The notes below the pieces were generated by a model. That model ran no database searches and was not told the DNA's origin. It was given only the letters and a program-made list of their open reading frames with translations. A stretch of 63,984 nt of DNA, counting the filler, from Ionaspis alba (Eukaryota): NCBI GenBank assembly GCA_964255285.1. It is 7 parts of 7 records of this genome, joined end to end, with 100 filler letters (N's around TTAATTAATTAA, not from the genome) between each part and the next. Parts side by side here need not be neighbours in the genome. Positions count along the whole stretch, not along the records: positions 38,038 to 47,347 come from CAXUUL010000678.1; positions 47,448 to 56,757 come from CAXUUL010000679.1; 5 more parts are not named here. One strand, written 5' to 3'. The translations under genes and the position numbers were made by a program. Positions 39,504 to 52,278 of this stretch are shown one piece after another. Each line of letters opens with the position of its first letter. Within the stretch, counting starts at the first letter, position 1.

Positions 39504-41756
39504 TCAACCTCCAGCTGTCGTTGGGGTGAAGAAAACCTCCTGATCCGTAACCAACAAGCCGGCAATACTGGCACTCGTGAACGTGCTCAAAGCTCCTGCA
39601 ATCAACGCACTAATAGCTAGCCGACTGACGTCGCCGCTCCTGCCTGGCGCAATCTGTGATAGCACACCGATCTGCGTGCCAAGGGAGCCGATATTGGCGA
39701 ACCCGCACAGAGCGTAGGTAGCGATGAGGCGGGAACGAGGGGAGAGGTCTGCATATTGAGGGTCTTGCTGGAGGGCCGTGTAGGCGACGAATTCGTTCTA
39801 TAAACCCCAGGCCGATTAGCACTGATGGTTATGAGTGTACTTAGACATGACACTCACAGCGATGAGCTTGGTGCCAATCAGTTTTCCAACGAGCAGAAGA
39901 TCTCCGTTGCGAGGTACTCCGAGGAGGAAGGCAACAGGGTACGCAATATAACCGACAATGAGCTCAATGGTGAGGGGTGGGTCATTGATGTTGAGGTAGT
40001 GGCCCCACCAAGTCAGGAGGCCGTCGACGAGGCCTAGGAGTGCAATAATGCAGAGAAGAGTAGCGATGATCATGCCGCCAATCTTTAGACCTAGCCATGC
40101 GCCATTGGCAAAAGCGTGCAGAGAGTTCGCAGCACGGTGTTCGTCGTCATCAGGGATGACAACTCGTCCAGCTGTCAGGGTTTCTTCTTCCTCGGGATAT
40201 CGAAGCTTGGAGATGGCAAGGCTGGCGGGAATGCTCATCACGCATGAGGAGACTAAAGCTTGTGGATTAACTCCCAGGGAGATGTATGCGACCAAGACAC
40301 TCCCGGCGATTGTGGCAAATCCAGAACACATGATTTGGTGAAGTTCTGCTTGCGTGAGGTGAGCGACAAATGGTTTGATCAGCATAGCCGATTCTCCTTG
40401 ACCAATGAAGGGTGAAGCGGCTGCCACTACAGCTTCTGCTCCTGAAACTCTCATGGACCAGAAAAAGAAGACAGCGAATTTTCCAATCGCCCACTGCAGG
40501 ACGCCCCAATAGAAGAGGAGCTGCACGAGTGCCACAAAGAAGATGATCGCAGGAACCACGGCTGTGAGAAACCATCCTAGTTTAGGTACAGTTGGACGAG
40601 TCAGGAAAGAGGTTCCCTTATCGGCGAAGCCCAACAGATCGGTGGCAAGGCTGGAAACAAAATCGAAGATGTCAACTGGAGGATTGTGTTAGCACGACTG
40701 ATAAGTATCACCAGGTGGACTGTCATCTGATCTTACATCCAGTCTGCGTTCGAAGAACGAAAAGGGCAATGACAAATTGAACCAGCATTCCAACTATCAC
40801 GGTGTGCCATTTGACCATCTTCCGGTTTCTCGACGTTGCGTAGAGACCGGCGAGGAAAACTACCAGGCCAAACAAGCTGACTGCACGATTCGACCGCGTA
40901 TTATCCTGACTTTCCGGACTCGCAAATGATCCCACCAGAAAGACTAGAACAACAAAGGCTGCGGAGAGGGGAATCTTTAGCTTCTCTGGGATAAGAGCGG
41001 CGAAGCGAACGCCAGTATAATTCCATACAATGTGCATGGGTTTGGTGACAAGCGAAATGGGAACGTAGAAGGTGATCAGGCGAACGGAGATGCATAGATA
41101 GAGGAGGAAGGGGATGAGCCATCCCAGATCGTAGCGGTGGAGAACGAGACCTGCGATCCACCATCTTCAAAGCATATGTTAGCCAATAACCCACAATTGA
41201 TTGTCTCACTGCAGGAAATAGAGCTTGTAGGTGCCGAAACAGCATCCTGGCAGGTCACGTGACACAATTGAGATTTGTAGAGATGCAGAACTTGAACGTA
41301 CCCAGTGAATAGGAGCCAGATGAAGAGATGGAAGAAGATCCTGTACTTGGCATAGAATTTAGAGAATGTATGCGTCTGGGGATCCTCTTCTGATTGTATG
41401 GGGCTGATAGCACCTTTCTCGGCGTCCGTAACGTCCACATTACCTTTGTCGTCCGCTGGATGATGTCTTCGGTGGAGGGCATGATCCAATGGAGCCTGGT
41501 GAGGTATCGTGCTTGGCTCATTAGTGGTCCCTTTCGAATAAACCACATCGTCAACTTGACCTTCCATCGCGCGAGCGCTGTGATGAAGATGCGCATGATG
41601 ATGCGTGTGAGCAGGGTCGAGGGCTATATCACTGTTGGGTTCTAAATGATATCGCGCGGGACTGTTGTTGGGGGCGACAGCAGTAACTCCAGGTTTCGAG
41701 GTAGTCTTTAGGTCTTCCGCCTCCTTTGTCACGTCCTTGTACTCTGGTGCAGACAT
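39504..41756 (-). CDS. Concentrative nucleoside transporter (CNT/SLC28 family), multi-exon
   Basis: VKWHTVIVGMLVQFVIALFVLRT, EAVVAAASPFIGQGESAMLIKPF, SGFATIAGSVL, KLIANEFVAY and TYALCGFAN. Confidence 0.95.
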
Positions 41757-43100
41757 CTTGGAGGGCTGTTATCACCAGTGAAGGTATTTGGTAGAGGTAC
41801 CAATATCAACAGCCACAGTGTGATGCGAATATGTACACAAGAGAATTGAGGAACTATCCGTCACCTCTTTGTGGAGAAAGAAGAGACCGTGGTTGATCAC
41901 GGTTGATCTGGAGGGGAGCATTCGTGGTTTTAGATTCCTTTCGCACTCGCTCTCACCGTCCTGTTACTGCTGCAGGAGAAGGCTAGACCCGTCCCAAGCC
42001 AGACGTACATGCATGGAGGAGCTTCCTGGATTGATAACCAGAGGTGGGTATCACCGGTGCACTAACTATCCATGGAAGCATCTCATGAGCTTCCATCGCT
42101 ACTGATTGGCTCTTTGTAACGGAGGAGATCTGCAACCACGAGCGGGGGTGAGCAGTATAGAGTGCGGGAGCCGTTATCAGTTCGTGCTTGGCTCTGTCGC
42201 TTGTGCCAGGCGCTGGCAGACCTTGGCCCGAGGTTCTCTCCTTCCTTGTCTGATGGGATGGGACATCGGCTGATAGGCACAGGACACTTGTGGCCACGCA
42301 AGGGTGTATCCTTCGGTGATCCCATGTCTAAGCGAGTCTGCATGAGGAGGGTGGCAGCACGGTGGTGTACACGGTAAATCACTGCAGCGTTGATCCGTAG
42401 GTTTGGGTTGAACCACTAGACGGAGGGCTGCAGAAAGACCGGAAATGATAGAGGGAGGGGTGATATTGCTATCAAAGATCTTTCAAGCTAGTCTCGATGA
42501 GGCTGCTATTCCGGTTTTGATCTTGGTACGTTTGTCACGTTTGTCTTCGAGTGGATGATGCACAATTCCTGTGCCTCGATGCCCTAATGATCTTCTTCGG
42601 ATTAACGTTCAGGTTATGCATATTATTGATGCCTTGGTATTTTGGGTCCTCACGACTGTCACTGCTTAAAAAGCTGCCAAGCGGGTCAGAAATCAACATC
42701 ATTACACATTTCTGTAGTATGTTGCGATAAGGAGATTCTGCTTACTGCTTTGTCCAATGCGACATGATCAATTTGTCACTCCTTGCCTGATTTCGATGCT
42801 TTACGTTATCCTTGTAGAGATTTGCCTTGAACGAAGCTTTGAGAAAGTCTGGAAAACATCAAAATAATGTGGATTTCCTAGAGCTATCCAACTCACGACT
42901 CTCTCCTCTCAATAGGCAACATTTTGATTTCTTACGACCAGCACTATGGATCCACATGGGTCTCTGGAATCCAGTATCCCAGATTGGGAAGTTGANNNNN
43001 NNNNNNNNNNNNNNNNNNNNNNNNNNNNNNNNNNNNNNNNNNNNNNNNNNNNNNNNNNNNNNNNNNNNNNNNNNNNNNNNNNNNNNNNNNNNNNNGCACT

Positions 43101-44918
43101 ATGGATCCACATGGGTCTCTGGAATCCAGTATCCCAGATTGGGAAGTTGAGCTTGGCCTCCCTCAACTCGGGGATCCTTTCATTCAACAATACCTCAACT
43201 CCCGTGATGCCTTGATTGACCAAGAGAAAGCGACACGTGCTGATGCATCCTTTCGATCTTCCCTCGCACCACTTGCGCAGGAGGCGTGTGCAATCGTCTC
43301 ACGGATACGTACAGACGAGCGGCAGACAGTATGGGTCAAGGATAGCGAACTGTCTGGTCATGTATTTCCGGGCATGCCATTCAGCCTGGCCCGAGGACGC
43401 ATGCAGAAAAGTAAGTTGTGGCAGATTGTGAAGAAGATGCCTAAGGGTGCACTTTTACATGCTCATTTCGATGCTATGATCGATGTGGATTGGCTCGTTG
43501 ACCAAGCATTGGAGACGGAAGGGATGGGGTTTGTGGCTGGGAAAGGTCTCTCTACCGCTCAAGGCCGAGAGACAGCGCCTGTTGCGTTTCAGTACGTTGG
43601 CAAATTCAAAGGGAACAAGGCGGACGACAGTTCTATATGGACTTCAGAGCCTTCTACGAAAATTATTATAGCTACCCAGAAAGCAGCAGACTCTTTCCCA
43701 GGCGGCCGCTCTGCCTTCAGAACCTGGCTCATAAGCAGAATGACCATCACTGATTCGGAAAACCTCGATCATCACCAGGGGCTAGATGCCATCTGGACCA
43801 AATTTGCATCAGCGTTCCCAATAATATGCTCTATCCTTTTCTACGAGCCCATTTTCCGTGCTTCCCTACCTCGCTTGTTCCAAGAGCTCCTCGAAGATGG
43901 TGTGCGGTGGGTAGATCTTCGTTGTGCCTTCGTCTCTGATTACAGGAGAGCGGGAAGCGCTGAACCGGAGAAAAATTACTCGGCTTTATTTCAAGCTTTT
44001 CACGAGGAACTACAGAAGTTCAAGGCCTCCGAGGTTGGATCAAGATTCTGGGGAGCCCGTTGGATATGGACCACTCTGCGCGTTATGCCCAGAAAGCTTG
44101 TTGTCGAAAGCATGCAACAGTGCATCGCTATCAAGAAACAATTCCCAGAGCTCATCTGCGGCTTCGATTTTGTGGGACAGGAAGATTCGGGAAGACCACT
44201 GGCAGATCTGACGCCAGAAATTTTCTGGTTCAGAAAGCGCTGCGTCGAAGAAGGAGTTGAGATCCCATTCTTCTTCCATGCCGGGGAATGTCTTGGAGAT
44301 GGCGATGCGACGGATGAAAATCTCTTCGACGCCATACTGCTGGGTACGAGGCGTATCGGTCACGGGTTTTCGCTCTACAAACACCCACTGCTCGTTGAAA
44401 TGGTCAAACAGAAATCTATCCTTATCGAATCCTGCCCCATCTCAAACGAAGTGCTCCGCCTCACAGGATCAATCATGTCACATCCGCTTCCCGCACTGCT
44501 CGCGAGGGGTGTCAAAGTAGCGCTGTGTAATGATGATCCGGCAATACTCGGCCACGGAAAGAATGGCCTCACGCACGACTTCTGGCAAGCGCTCCAGGGA
44601 TGGGAGAATCTGGGACTTGAAGGCTTGGGTAGCTTGGCCGAGAACAGTGTTCGGTGGGCTGCCTTTGGACCCGATCAGAAAACGAAGGAGTGGTTAAAAG
44701 ATGTCAAAGATGGTGTCTATGGGCAGGGTGTGAGGGGAGAGCGCATGAGGGAATGGGTCGCGGAGTGGAACCGGTTCTGTGAGTGGGTAGTAATGGAATT
44801 TGCGGCCGAGTATGGTGGTGACGATGAGGAAGAGTATGATGATGCTGGAGAGGTAGACCATGATGGTGAGGACGACGAAGGTCTCGACAATCATGGACCA
44901 AATGCATTGGCGCTGTAA
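43101..44918 (+). CDS. Adenosine deaminase, ADA2/CECR1 (ADGF)-like, intronless, acidic tail
   Basis: MPKGALLHAH, GFDFVGQED, FFFHAGE, DAILLGTRRIGHG, ESCPISNEVL and NDDP. Confidence 0.93.
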   Translation: MDPHGSLESSIPDWEVELGLPQLGDPFIQQYLNSRDALIDQEKATRADASFRSSLAPLAQEACAIVSRIRTDERQTVWVKDSELSGHVFPGMPFSLARGRMQKSKLWQIVKKMPKGALLHAHFDAMIDVDWLVDQALETEGMGFVAGKGLSTAQGRETAPVAFQYVGKFKGNKADDSSIWTSEPSTKIIIATQKAADSFPGGRSAFRTWLISRMTITDSENLDHHQGLDAIWTKFASAFPIICSILFYEPIFRASLPRLFQELLEDGVRWVDLRCAFVSDYRRAGSAEPEKNYSALFQAFHEELQKFKASEVGSRFWGARWIWTTLRVMPRKLVVESMQQCIAIKKQFPELICGFDFVGQEDSGRPLADLTPEIFWFRKRCVEEGVEIPFFFHAGECLGDGDATDENLFDAILLGTRRIGHGFSLYKHPLLVEMVKQKSILIESCPISNEVLRLTGSIMSHPLPALLARGVKVALCNDDPAILGHGKNGLTHDFWQALQGWENLGLEGLGSLAENSVRWAAFGPDQKTKEWLKDVKDGVYGQGVRGERMREWVAEWNRFCEWVVMEFAAEYGGDDEEEYDDAGEVDHDGEDDEGLDNHGPNALAL

Positions 44919-45227
44919 TCCAAATGTGATAGATAGTTTGGGACAACGGGCACTGGCGTCGGCCGGCTTTAGATCAACTTTAGCTTGTAGTCTAGAGCTG
45001 CTTTATAGGAAGATGTCACAATTGCAATCTACAAAAAATCCCTAAGCCCATCGTGCCTGAGTTGTGATGAACTATCGGGATTGCCTCCCTCGTTTAAGCG
45101 TCCCCTGGAGCGTCATACCTATCCGGCTGTGGGGCGGGAAGACGCAGCCTCTAAGTTCTCCGCTCCCATAGTCCTTGGATCTTTCGATTCTACTTAAAGA
45201 CTGCTTCCCGCCGTGCTCTATACCAGT

Positions 45228-47195
45228 ATGTCGCGTTCGAAGCTCTGCCCGTCGGCAGCTCTACTAAGAAGCTTGCGCGTCTCGCAAGCTCTCGGCCCTG
45301 TCCCTCTCAAGGCCTCCCTATGCCTGAGAAGACCTCTCCATACCTCCCGTCCAGCTCGTGAGCAGCAGCGATCCTCTTTCAAAGGTCAATTGTACGAGAG
45401 CGTCGCGCAGAGATTGGAGCGGGAACGAGCGGAGCAGCAAAGATTTGCTAAGATACGTGGCGAGGGTGGAGGAGGGAGACCGGCTGCTATAGCTTTTGGT
45501 ATGCTTGGTGTGATCGATTGGTCAATCTACATACTGATTATGTCTAGTCATACTCTTTACCGCCGCCAGTTGCTACTATTTGGGAACACTCGCGCCGGTG
45601 CCACCAAATCCCGCCTCCACCGCGCCGCTATCGTCCTCGCAACCTCCGAAACATGACACTGCGCCAGTCAATTTGGAAGCTGCCTGGAAGGATTTTGTCA
45701 ACATAGTTGGAGAGGAGCATGTTTCTACGGAGAAGTCGAGTCTAAAATACCACTCCGGATCAGACTGGTCGTCCTACGATACCAAAGATAACGAGCATCC
45801 TTTCCTGATAGTCTTTCCCTCGACGACAGAGGAGGTCAGCAAGATTGTTAAAATATGCCATGAAAGAAAAATACCAATCACCGCATACTCGGGAGGTACA
45901 AGCCTGGAGGGACACTTTTCAGCAACGAGAGGCGGAATTTGCATCGATTTCGAACGTATGGACAAGATACTGCAGCTGGATAAAGATGACTTGGATGTCA
46001 TTGTACAACCCGCAGTGGGCTGGGAACTCTTGAATGAGGAACTAGCTAAGGATGGTCTTTTCTTTCCGCCTGATCCAGGCCCTGGAGCGAAGATAGGAGG
46101 AATGGTGGGGACGGGATGCTCGGGAACCAATGCTTACCGCTACGGGACCATGCGTGAGTGGGTTCTTAGCTTGACAGTTGTACTGGCAGATGGGACGATT
46201 ATCAAGACCCGACAACGACCCCGGAAGAGCAGTGCCGGTTACGATCTTACAAAGATGTTTATTGGAAGTGAAGGAACGCTTGGGCTGATCACGGAAGCAA
46301 CATTGAAACTTACGGTCAAACCAAAGAGTGAGAGCGTGGCTGTCGCTAGCTTCCCAACAGTAAGGGATGCGGCTGCTTGCGTCGCTCGGGTCGTCAGTGA
46401 GGGAGTTCCGATCGCGGCTATTGAGATCTTGGATGATGTGCAGATGCGCTGCATCAACGAAAGTGGCAACACTTCGAGAAGCTGGAAGGAGGCGCCGACA
46501 CTCTTTTTCAAATTCACTGGTACTCCATCAGGAGTCAAGGAGCAGATTGGGATCGTGCAGAAGCTGGCCAAGTCGAAGGGCAGCAAGAGTTTCGAGTTTG
46601 CGAAGAGTGCTGATGAGGCCGTCGAGCTATGGAGTGCCAGGAAGGAGGCTCTCTGGAGCGTCATGGCGATGAGACGGGATGAGAGCGATCACGTATGGAC
46701 TACGGATGTCGCTGTGCCAATCAGCAGACTGCCAGACATCATTGAGCAGACGAAGGCAGACATGAGTTCGAGTGGTTTGATGGGGACGATTGTCGGCCAC
46801 GTTGGAGACGGCAACTTTCACTGTGAGTATTTCTACACTCAAAGCGAGGGGACTTCAGCTGATTGTTGTAAGCGATACTGCTCTTCAACGACAAAGAGCG
46901 CAAAGTTGCTGAAGATGTCGTTCACCGTATGGTAGTCAGGGCAGTGGAGATGGAGGGAACTGTAACAGGAGAGCATGGTGTTGGACTGATCAAGAGGGAC
47001 TACCTCAACCATGAGCTAGGCGAATCGACGGTTGATGCAATGAGAAAGGTAAGCGATACTGGTGGCTGGTATTGGTGCGACACTGACAGTCTGCAATAAC
47101 AGCTGAAGCAAGCTTTCGATCCGCTTTGTCTTCTGAATTGCGATAAGATAGTCCGTGCGGAGCGACCCAAGGCCGGGGAAGTCCAGCCATGGTGA
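45228..47195 (+). CDS. dld1: Mitochondrial D-lactate dehydrogenase (cytochrome), FAD-linked
   Basis: YSGGTSLEGHF, FFPPDPGPGAKIGGMVGTGCSGTNAYRYGTM, RPRKSSAGYDLT, IGSEGTLG, GHVGDGNFH and GTVTGEHGVG. Confidence 0.93.
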
Positions 47196-48215
47196 TTGCG
47201 GGGTGGAAATTGGGCTTCTTCTCCTTCCTAAAGTACGTTTCCCAGGATTAGCAGACTTCTTGCACCGAAATTCGAGCATATAGGCTGAGGGGACAGACAT
47301 TCGATGTCAAAACCTCGTAGCAAGACCAGCCGCAGCTAGCCGCGATANNNNNNNNNNNNNNNNNNNNNNNNNNNNNNNNNNNNNNNNNNNNTTAATTAAT
47401 TAANNNNNNNNNNNNNNNNNNNNNNNNNNNNNNNNNNNNNNNNNNNNACGAACGCTGGCCCTCTCGGCCTCATCTCCGAGATGGTTACTTGGCGCGGTCA
47501 TACCAGAAGGAACACCAGGGTCTGGGCTGTTCTAAGGATTTCATAGCATCTAGTTCATTAGCAAGGTTTTCGTTGCGGCCATACGCCCCTCATGCATGGT
47601 CAGTCAGTCAGCGGGTCTCGCAGGACTGCAGCCTGTCACTCTCGCCTTCCTAGATCTGTGTCTGTAAGGCGAGACGTATTTGCTTTTGCACCAGAACTCG
47701 TGGCCCGGGCCGATGCAAGCTTACATGCTTGCAGGCAGCTTCTTTCCAATCTTCCTCCATACATGCCGACTTAGCCATACTGCTGATATTAGAGCGTTGG
47801 CTTAAACCTTCTGAGCAAACCATGGCTTCAGACCCTATTCACGAGTCTTTAATTCAATCTTGAAGAGTATGTACATGAGCTATAGGAGCAAAATCTGCCT
47901 CAATCCGCCCATTAGAGAGCTTTTCAAAGCTATCGTTCCTTGTCTTGAATTTGGCCGCTTGGCTGGTTTCCCTACTGTTGAGCCCCGAGGTCTTTGAGTT
48001 TATTCTCTACTGAGGTCTGCCAGGCCACTACTGTCTTACCGAGGTTAGTACATGGCTAACCGCTTTCCCGTAATCTAAACCTGACAGATGCTTTCTGCTA
48101 TTTCGAGCCAGCTCTGTTCTAATCTTTGTGTTCCAACAGGTCTAATGCTGCTCGCACTATCGCGACCGCAACCTGCAGAATCACACTAGACAGAGTTGAA
48201 AAAAAGCTAAAGAAT

Positions 48216-49550
48216 ATGCCGGACTCTATGCACCGTCCAGATATCGCAAACACAACTTCAATTCCCCTATACGAGTCAAGCGCCATAAATACTGTTCTTG
48301 GGGAACCCCCTGATGGCGGCGTAAAGGCATGGACCCAGGTCGTTATGGGTCACCTAGTCCTCATCAATGGCTGGGGATACCTGACGTCCTTCGGGCTGTT
48401 TCAGTCATACTACACGGCTACACTTAACAGCTCCCAGTCTGAGATTTCCTGGATTGGTTCTGTACAGATATTCCTTGTTTACTTCGTCGGAACGTTCTCG
48501 GGTCGAGCTCTTGACGCCGGTTACTACCATTCAACAATGACTGCTGGACTATTTCTACAGATTCTCGGGGTCTTTATGACTTCAATCTCTTCACAGTATT
48601 GGCAGCTATTTCTCGCGCAAGGTATTTGCAAAGGCTTGGGCGATGGATTGGTCTTTTGTCCAACCGTTTCCTTGGTGGCTACATATTTCACCAGAAAACG
48701 CGCTATAGCTATGGCAGGTACTGCTGCTGGTGCTGGAACGGGCGGAATCATTTTTCCATTGATTGCACAACAGCTTCTGCCCAGGATAGGCTTCAGTTGG
48801 ACAGTCAGGACAATGGGGTTTGTGATCTTGTTCAATAGTATAATAATATTATCCATTGCCCGTGTGCGTTTACCCCCTCGGAGAATCGGGCCTCTCGTTG
48901 AATGGAGTGCGTTTACGGAAATACCATATACACTATTTTGCATTGGCATGTTCTTGAATCTCTGGGCCGTCTACTTTGCATACTTCTACGTGAGTCCACT
49001 AGTACTATCATTGAAGGCGTTCTAATGTTCAATGCAGATAAGTGTCTTCAGCAAGACTATCATCGACCTCTCAGCCTCGACCTCCCTGACAATTCTGCTC
49101 GTGATGAATGCTATAGGCATCCCCGGCCGCTTGAGTTGCGGCCTCATAGCAGATCGTGTGCTCGGCCCAGTCAATACTTTAACGCCCGTGGCATTCCTTT
49201 CTGGGATTCTACTTTACTGCTGGACGGCAGTAAACTCAACGGGCAGCCTGTTTGTATTCTGCATTATCTACGGCTTTTTTGCGGCTGGGGTTCAAAGTCT
49301 TTTCCCCGCCGCTTGTGCAAGTCTGACAGCTGATCTCAAGAAAATGGGGGTACGGACGGGGATGTGCTTTTCGGTTGTATCGATCGCGTGTCTGACTGGC
49401 CCGCCTTTGGCGGGTGCTTTGATTCAGAAAGACAATGGAGGGTTTCTGTTTGCGCAAGTCTTTGGGGGCTCGGCGTTTATCGGTGGTTCGGCCACTTTGC
49501 TTGCTGCTCGAATCTCGAGGAACGGCTGGGATCTGAAACTCCGCATGTAG
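48216..49550 (+). CDS. MFS monocarboxylate-porter (MCH-like) transporter, 2 exons
   Basis: PPDGGVKAWTQV, SFGLFQSYY, SWIGSVQIF, YFTRKRAIAM, GVRTGM and multiple TM helices. Confidence 0.92.
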
Positions 49551-49889
49551 ACCGAAGCGAGAACTTCTAGAAAGATCTTATTGACTGCTAGTCGCGGTTA
49601 TAGACTTATATAATAAAGTTGGCTTGAGCAACCTTTGCCAGCTGATATTAGAGAACAGGATATGCGATGCTATTAACAAAAAGCACTGCACATTTTGCAT
49701 GCCAGAATCTTGAATCTGTAACAGAGAGCAAGTCACGGTGGCCGCGTATCCAGACTGGTAATCATCCTCGCTCGAGGCAGATAACATACTGGTCGTGCAT
49801 CAATGCGCCTTCGGAAGGCTGACCCTAGACTACAGGCATCCACCACCATCTCCCTCCCAAACCTTTCACCTAAAACCGCACAGCAGCTC

Positions 49890-50150
49890 TTTAGATCGTT
49901 ATATATATTAACAAATTATAGATTCGGTTTCATATAAGAAAATTTCCAATCTATTTAATTACGATAATTGATATATTTAATAATTTGAATACAATTTTTC
50001 CGCATGAAAATAAAATAATATTATAATAATTCGAATACGATTTTTAATATAAGAATAAACTAATAAATACAACAATTAGATACAATTTTTTTTGAAAAAA
50101 ATAAATCAGGTATATACAATCGTTAAAGACGGTAAAAATTTCAATTTAAC
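49890..50150. mobile_element. Short AT-rich relic, probably RIP-degraded
   Basis: Sharp AT-rich island with composition like 27845-28471. Confidence 0.55.
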
Positions 50151-50650
50151 AGACGCTGCAGAACCTCCCTCTTGTCAAGATCGGGCGCTGCTAATCCAAT
50201 CTGTGGGCAGATGTGGCTAGTCGTTTCTTAAGTCTACAGTATGTAGTTGTCCACAAGGACTTATGCACGGCTCATGCTCTTGCTCGTGCTCCGTGGGTTG
50301 CATGGCGCATATTACTCCTAAATCCAAATTCTGGCGCTGATAGTTTGAGGATTTTTGGTGAGAGCAATTCCGCTTTCCAAACTTACGGAGTTGGGTTCTA
50401 CGTCTTCGAGGCGTGTTGAGGTAATTCATATAATCTGCTGCCGGAGTGTCGGAGCAATAGGAATTCTGTCTACCGGAGGAATAGAGAAAATGAACGGGAT
50501 CGTCGTCAATCGCAGAAGCGTTCTATAGTCGGCGATCCCGAGAAACAAAAAATGTTTGCGGAACCACGATGACCAAATCGCATTGACCTTGCATCCCCAC
50601 CATCGATAAATTTATCGTCGGAGTATACAGTAATTTGAAAAGAATTCACT

Positions 50651-50769
50651 ACATACGACCATAGACTCAAGAAAACTGGGCATCCCGTCCGCTCTGCCAT
50701 ACATAAGCTTGAGATCGGCTGATTAGTAGTTGGGTGGGTGACCACCAGCGAATACCAGCTGTTGTATGT
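50651..50769 (+). rRNA. Dispersed 5S rRNA gene
   Basis: ACATACGACCATAG...CATCCCGTCCGCTCTGCC...TTAGTAGTTGGGTGGGTGACCACCAGCGAATA...GTTGTATGT. Complementary ends, downstream oligo-T Pol III terminator, TATA at about -27. Confidence 0.97.
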
Positions 50770-51066
50770 CTTTTGTTTTTTCTACATGTTACAGTAAATC
50801 CCGGGTCTGCATAGGAAATATTTGTCACATAGGTGCTGCAAAATCAACTGAATCCCTTAGTGGCGCTTCAAATATTGTTGAATCATCCACAACCGGGAGC
50901 GCAAGCCTGTCTTATCTACTGTCTCCCAATTCTTTCCTGTGGTTGCATAAATGAAAGCACATAACTTTTTCATGTACATTGAATCCTGTCTACCTAATGT
51001 ATAGCAAGGACATTGCTCATAAATCGTCACCCTCTCACCCTCTCCCAATCTCCCTTCCTCCCTCCT

Positions 51067-52278
51067 TCAAACATTCTCATACCCCACCCCACAAGGTCCC
51101 ACAATATTCCCCGTACTCCTAAACGCCGGGTTCACATCAGGTCCATACACCAACCCGGCGAACCTTCCCAACGGACACGTCTTGCTGACCCCCTGCCCGT
51201 CGCCCGTCACACCCGTCGCCTGCTGGTACACGCACCCTTGGTAGGGGTAGTAGAAAGCCTGGATACAGTTTTCCACTTCGAAGAAGCAGGCCGAGCAGCA
51301 GGCGGCGGCGGACGCACCCTCGGGTGTGTCGAGGTAGAAGCGGTCATTCTGGACGGGGATCGCGGAGGGGTTGAGTACGTCGCCGTAGGCAGGGCCGGGA
51401 GAGGGGAGAGAGCCATCCGGTGCAGCAGCGCAGGCTAGGAGGGAGATTAGTCTATAACTCGAACAGAAGAGGATATGGCGAAAGAAAAAAGACGAGGGGG
51501 AAAGTTATACGGTAGACAGTCTTCGTCACCAGCGATGGAGTGACGATGGCGGTTGCAGTTTCCGTCTTCGTGGCCGTCACTACCTGCCATTTGGGGCTGA
51601 TGGTTAGGCAGGAGCAGGCCGAGGAGATCAACGTCGGTGCGAAGTCAAAGAGCCAGGCGGGACGCGACTTGCCGTCGCCTCGCTTCTCGAGAGAAGGTTC
51701 GGAGAGGGACTCGAGGCGGGCTTTCAGCGTTGGGGCGGGCGAGGCTGCTGGTGGGTTGCCGGAGACGAAGACGGTGGTTGTGCTGGAAGAGGATTAGGAT
51801 GGTTTAAAGTATTCATGGGAGAGGGCTTGTTTACACTGCGGAAACGGTGATTGTCGCAGTGGTGGTGGTCGTTGGGCTAGTTGGAAACGTCAGCCTTATC
51901 TGTATAATATGATATATATGCATATATCAATATATGCCTAGATATATGAATACATATATCGACATAGCAAGAATATGTATTGATATATCATGATATATGT
52001 GTAGATGACTCAACAAGTAGATCATGAAGGAGACTTCAGTCCGGGAGGTCTGACCCTGGCTTAGTCGTGGTCAAAGTTGGGAAATCCAGATAATCGAAGC
52101 AGAATTCCCCAGCATGGAACAGCTTCATCTTCTCCACCAGGGACGCCACTTTCTCTGTCTTGAAGCAAAACAGTGGGTGTTCGAAGTCAAGGTCACGGCC
52201 ACGGTGATTGGCGATGGGAGAAGAGAAAGTAGCACTGGCCGCAAGAACCAGTGCAAGGAGGTAGAAGAAGAAATGCAT
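51067..52278 (-). CDS. Secreted Thr-rich protein with SSACSC motif and C-terminal Cys-rich domain, about 4 exons
   Basis: Signal peptide MHFFFYLLALVLAASA. Exons assemble to ...TTTKPG|PTTTTTATITV..LEKR..LISSACSCL..VYP|CAAA..ACCSACFFEVENC..GPCGVGYENV. The first donor (GTCAGA) is less certain. Confidence 0.7.

Noticed and set aside
42941..43150. Apparent duplicated start of the adenosine deaminase
   Set aside because: Same exact 55-bp overlap around a 100-N gap; artefact.
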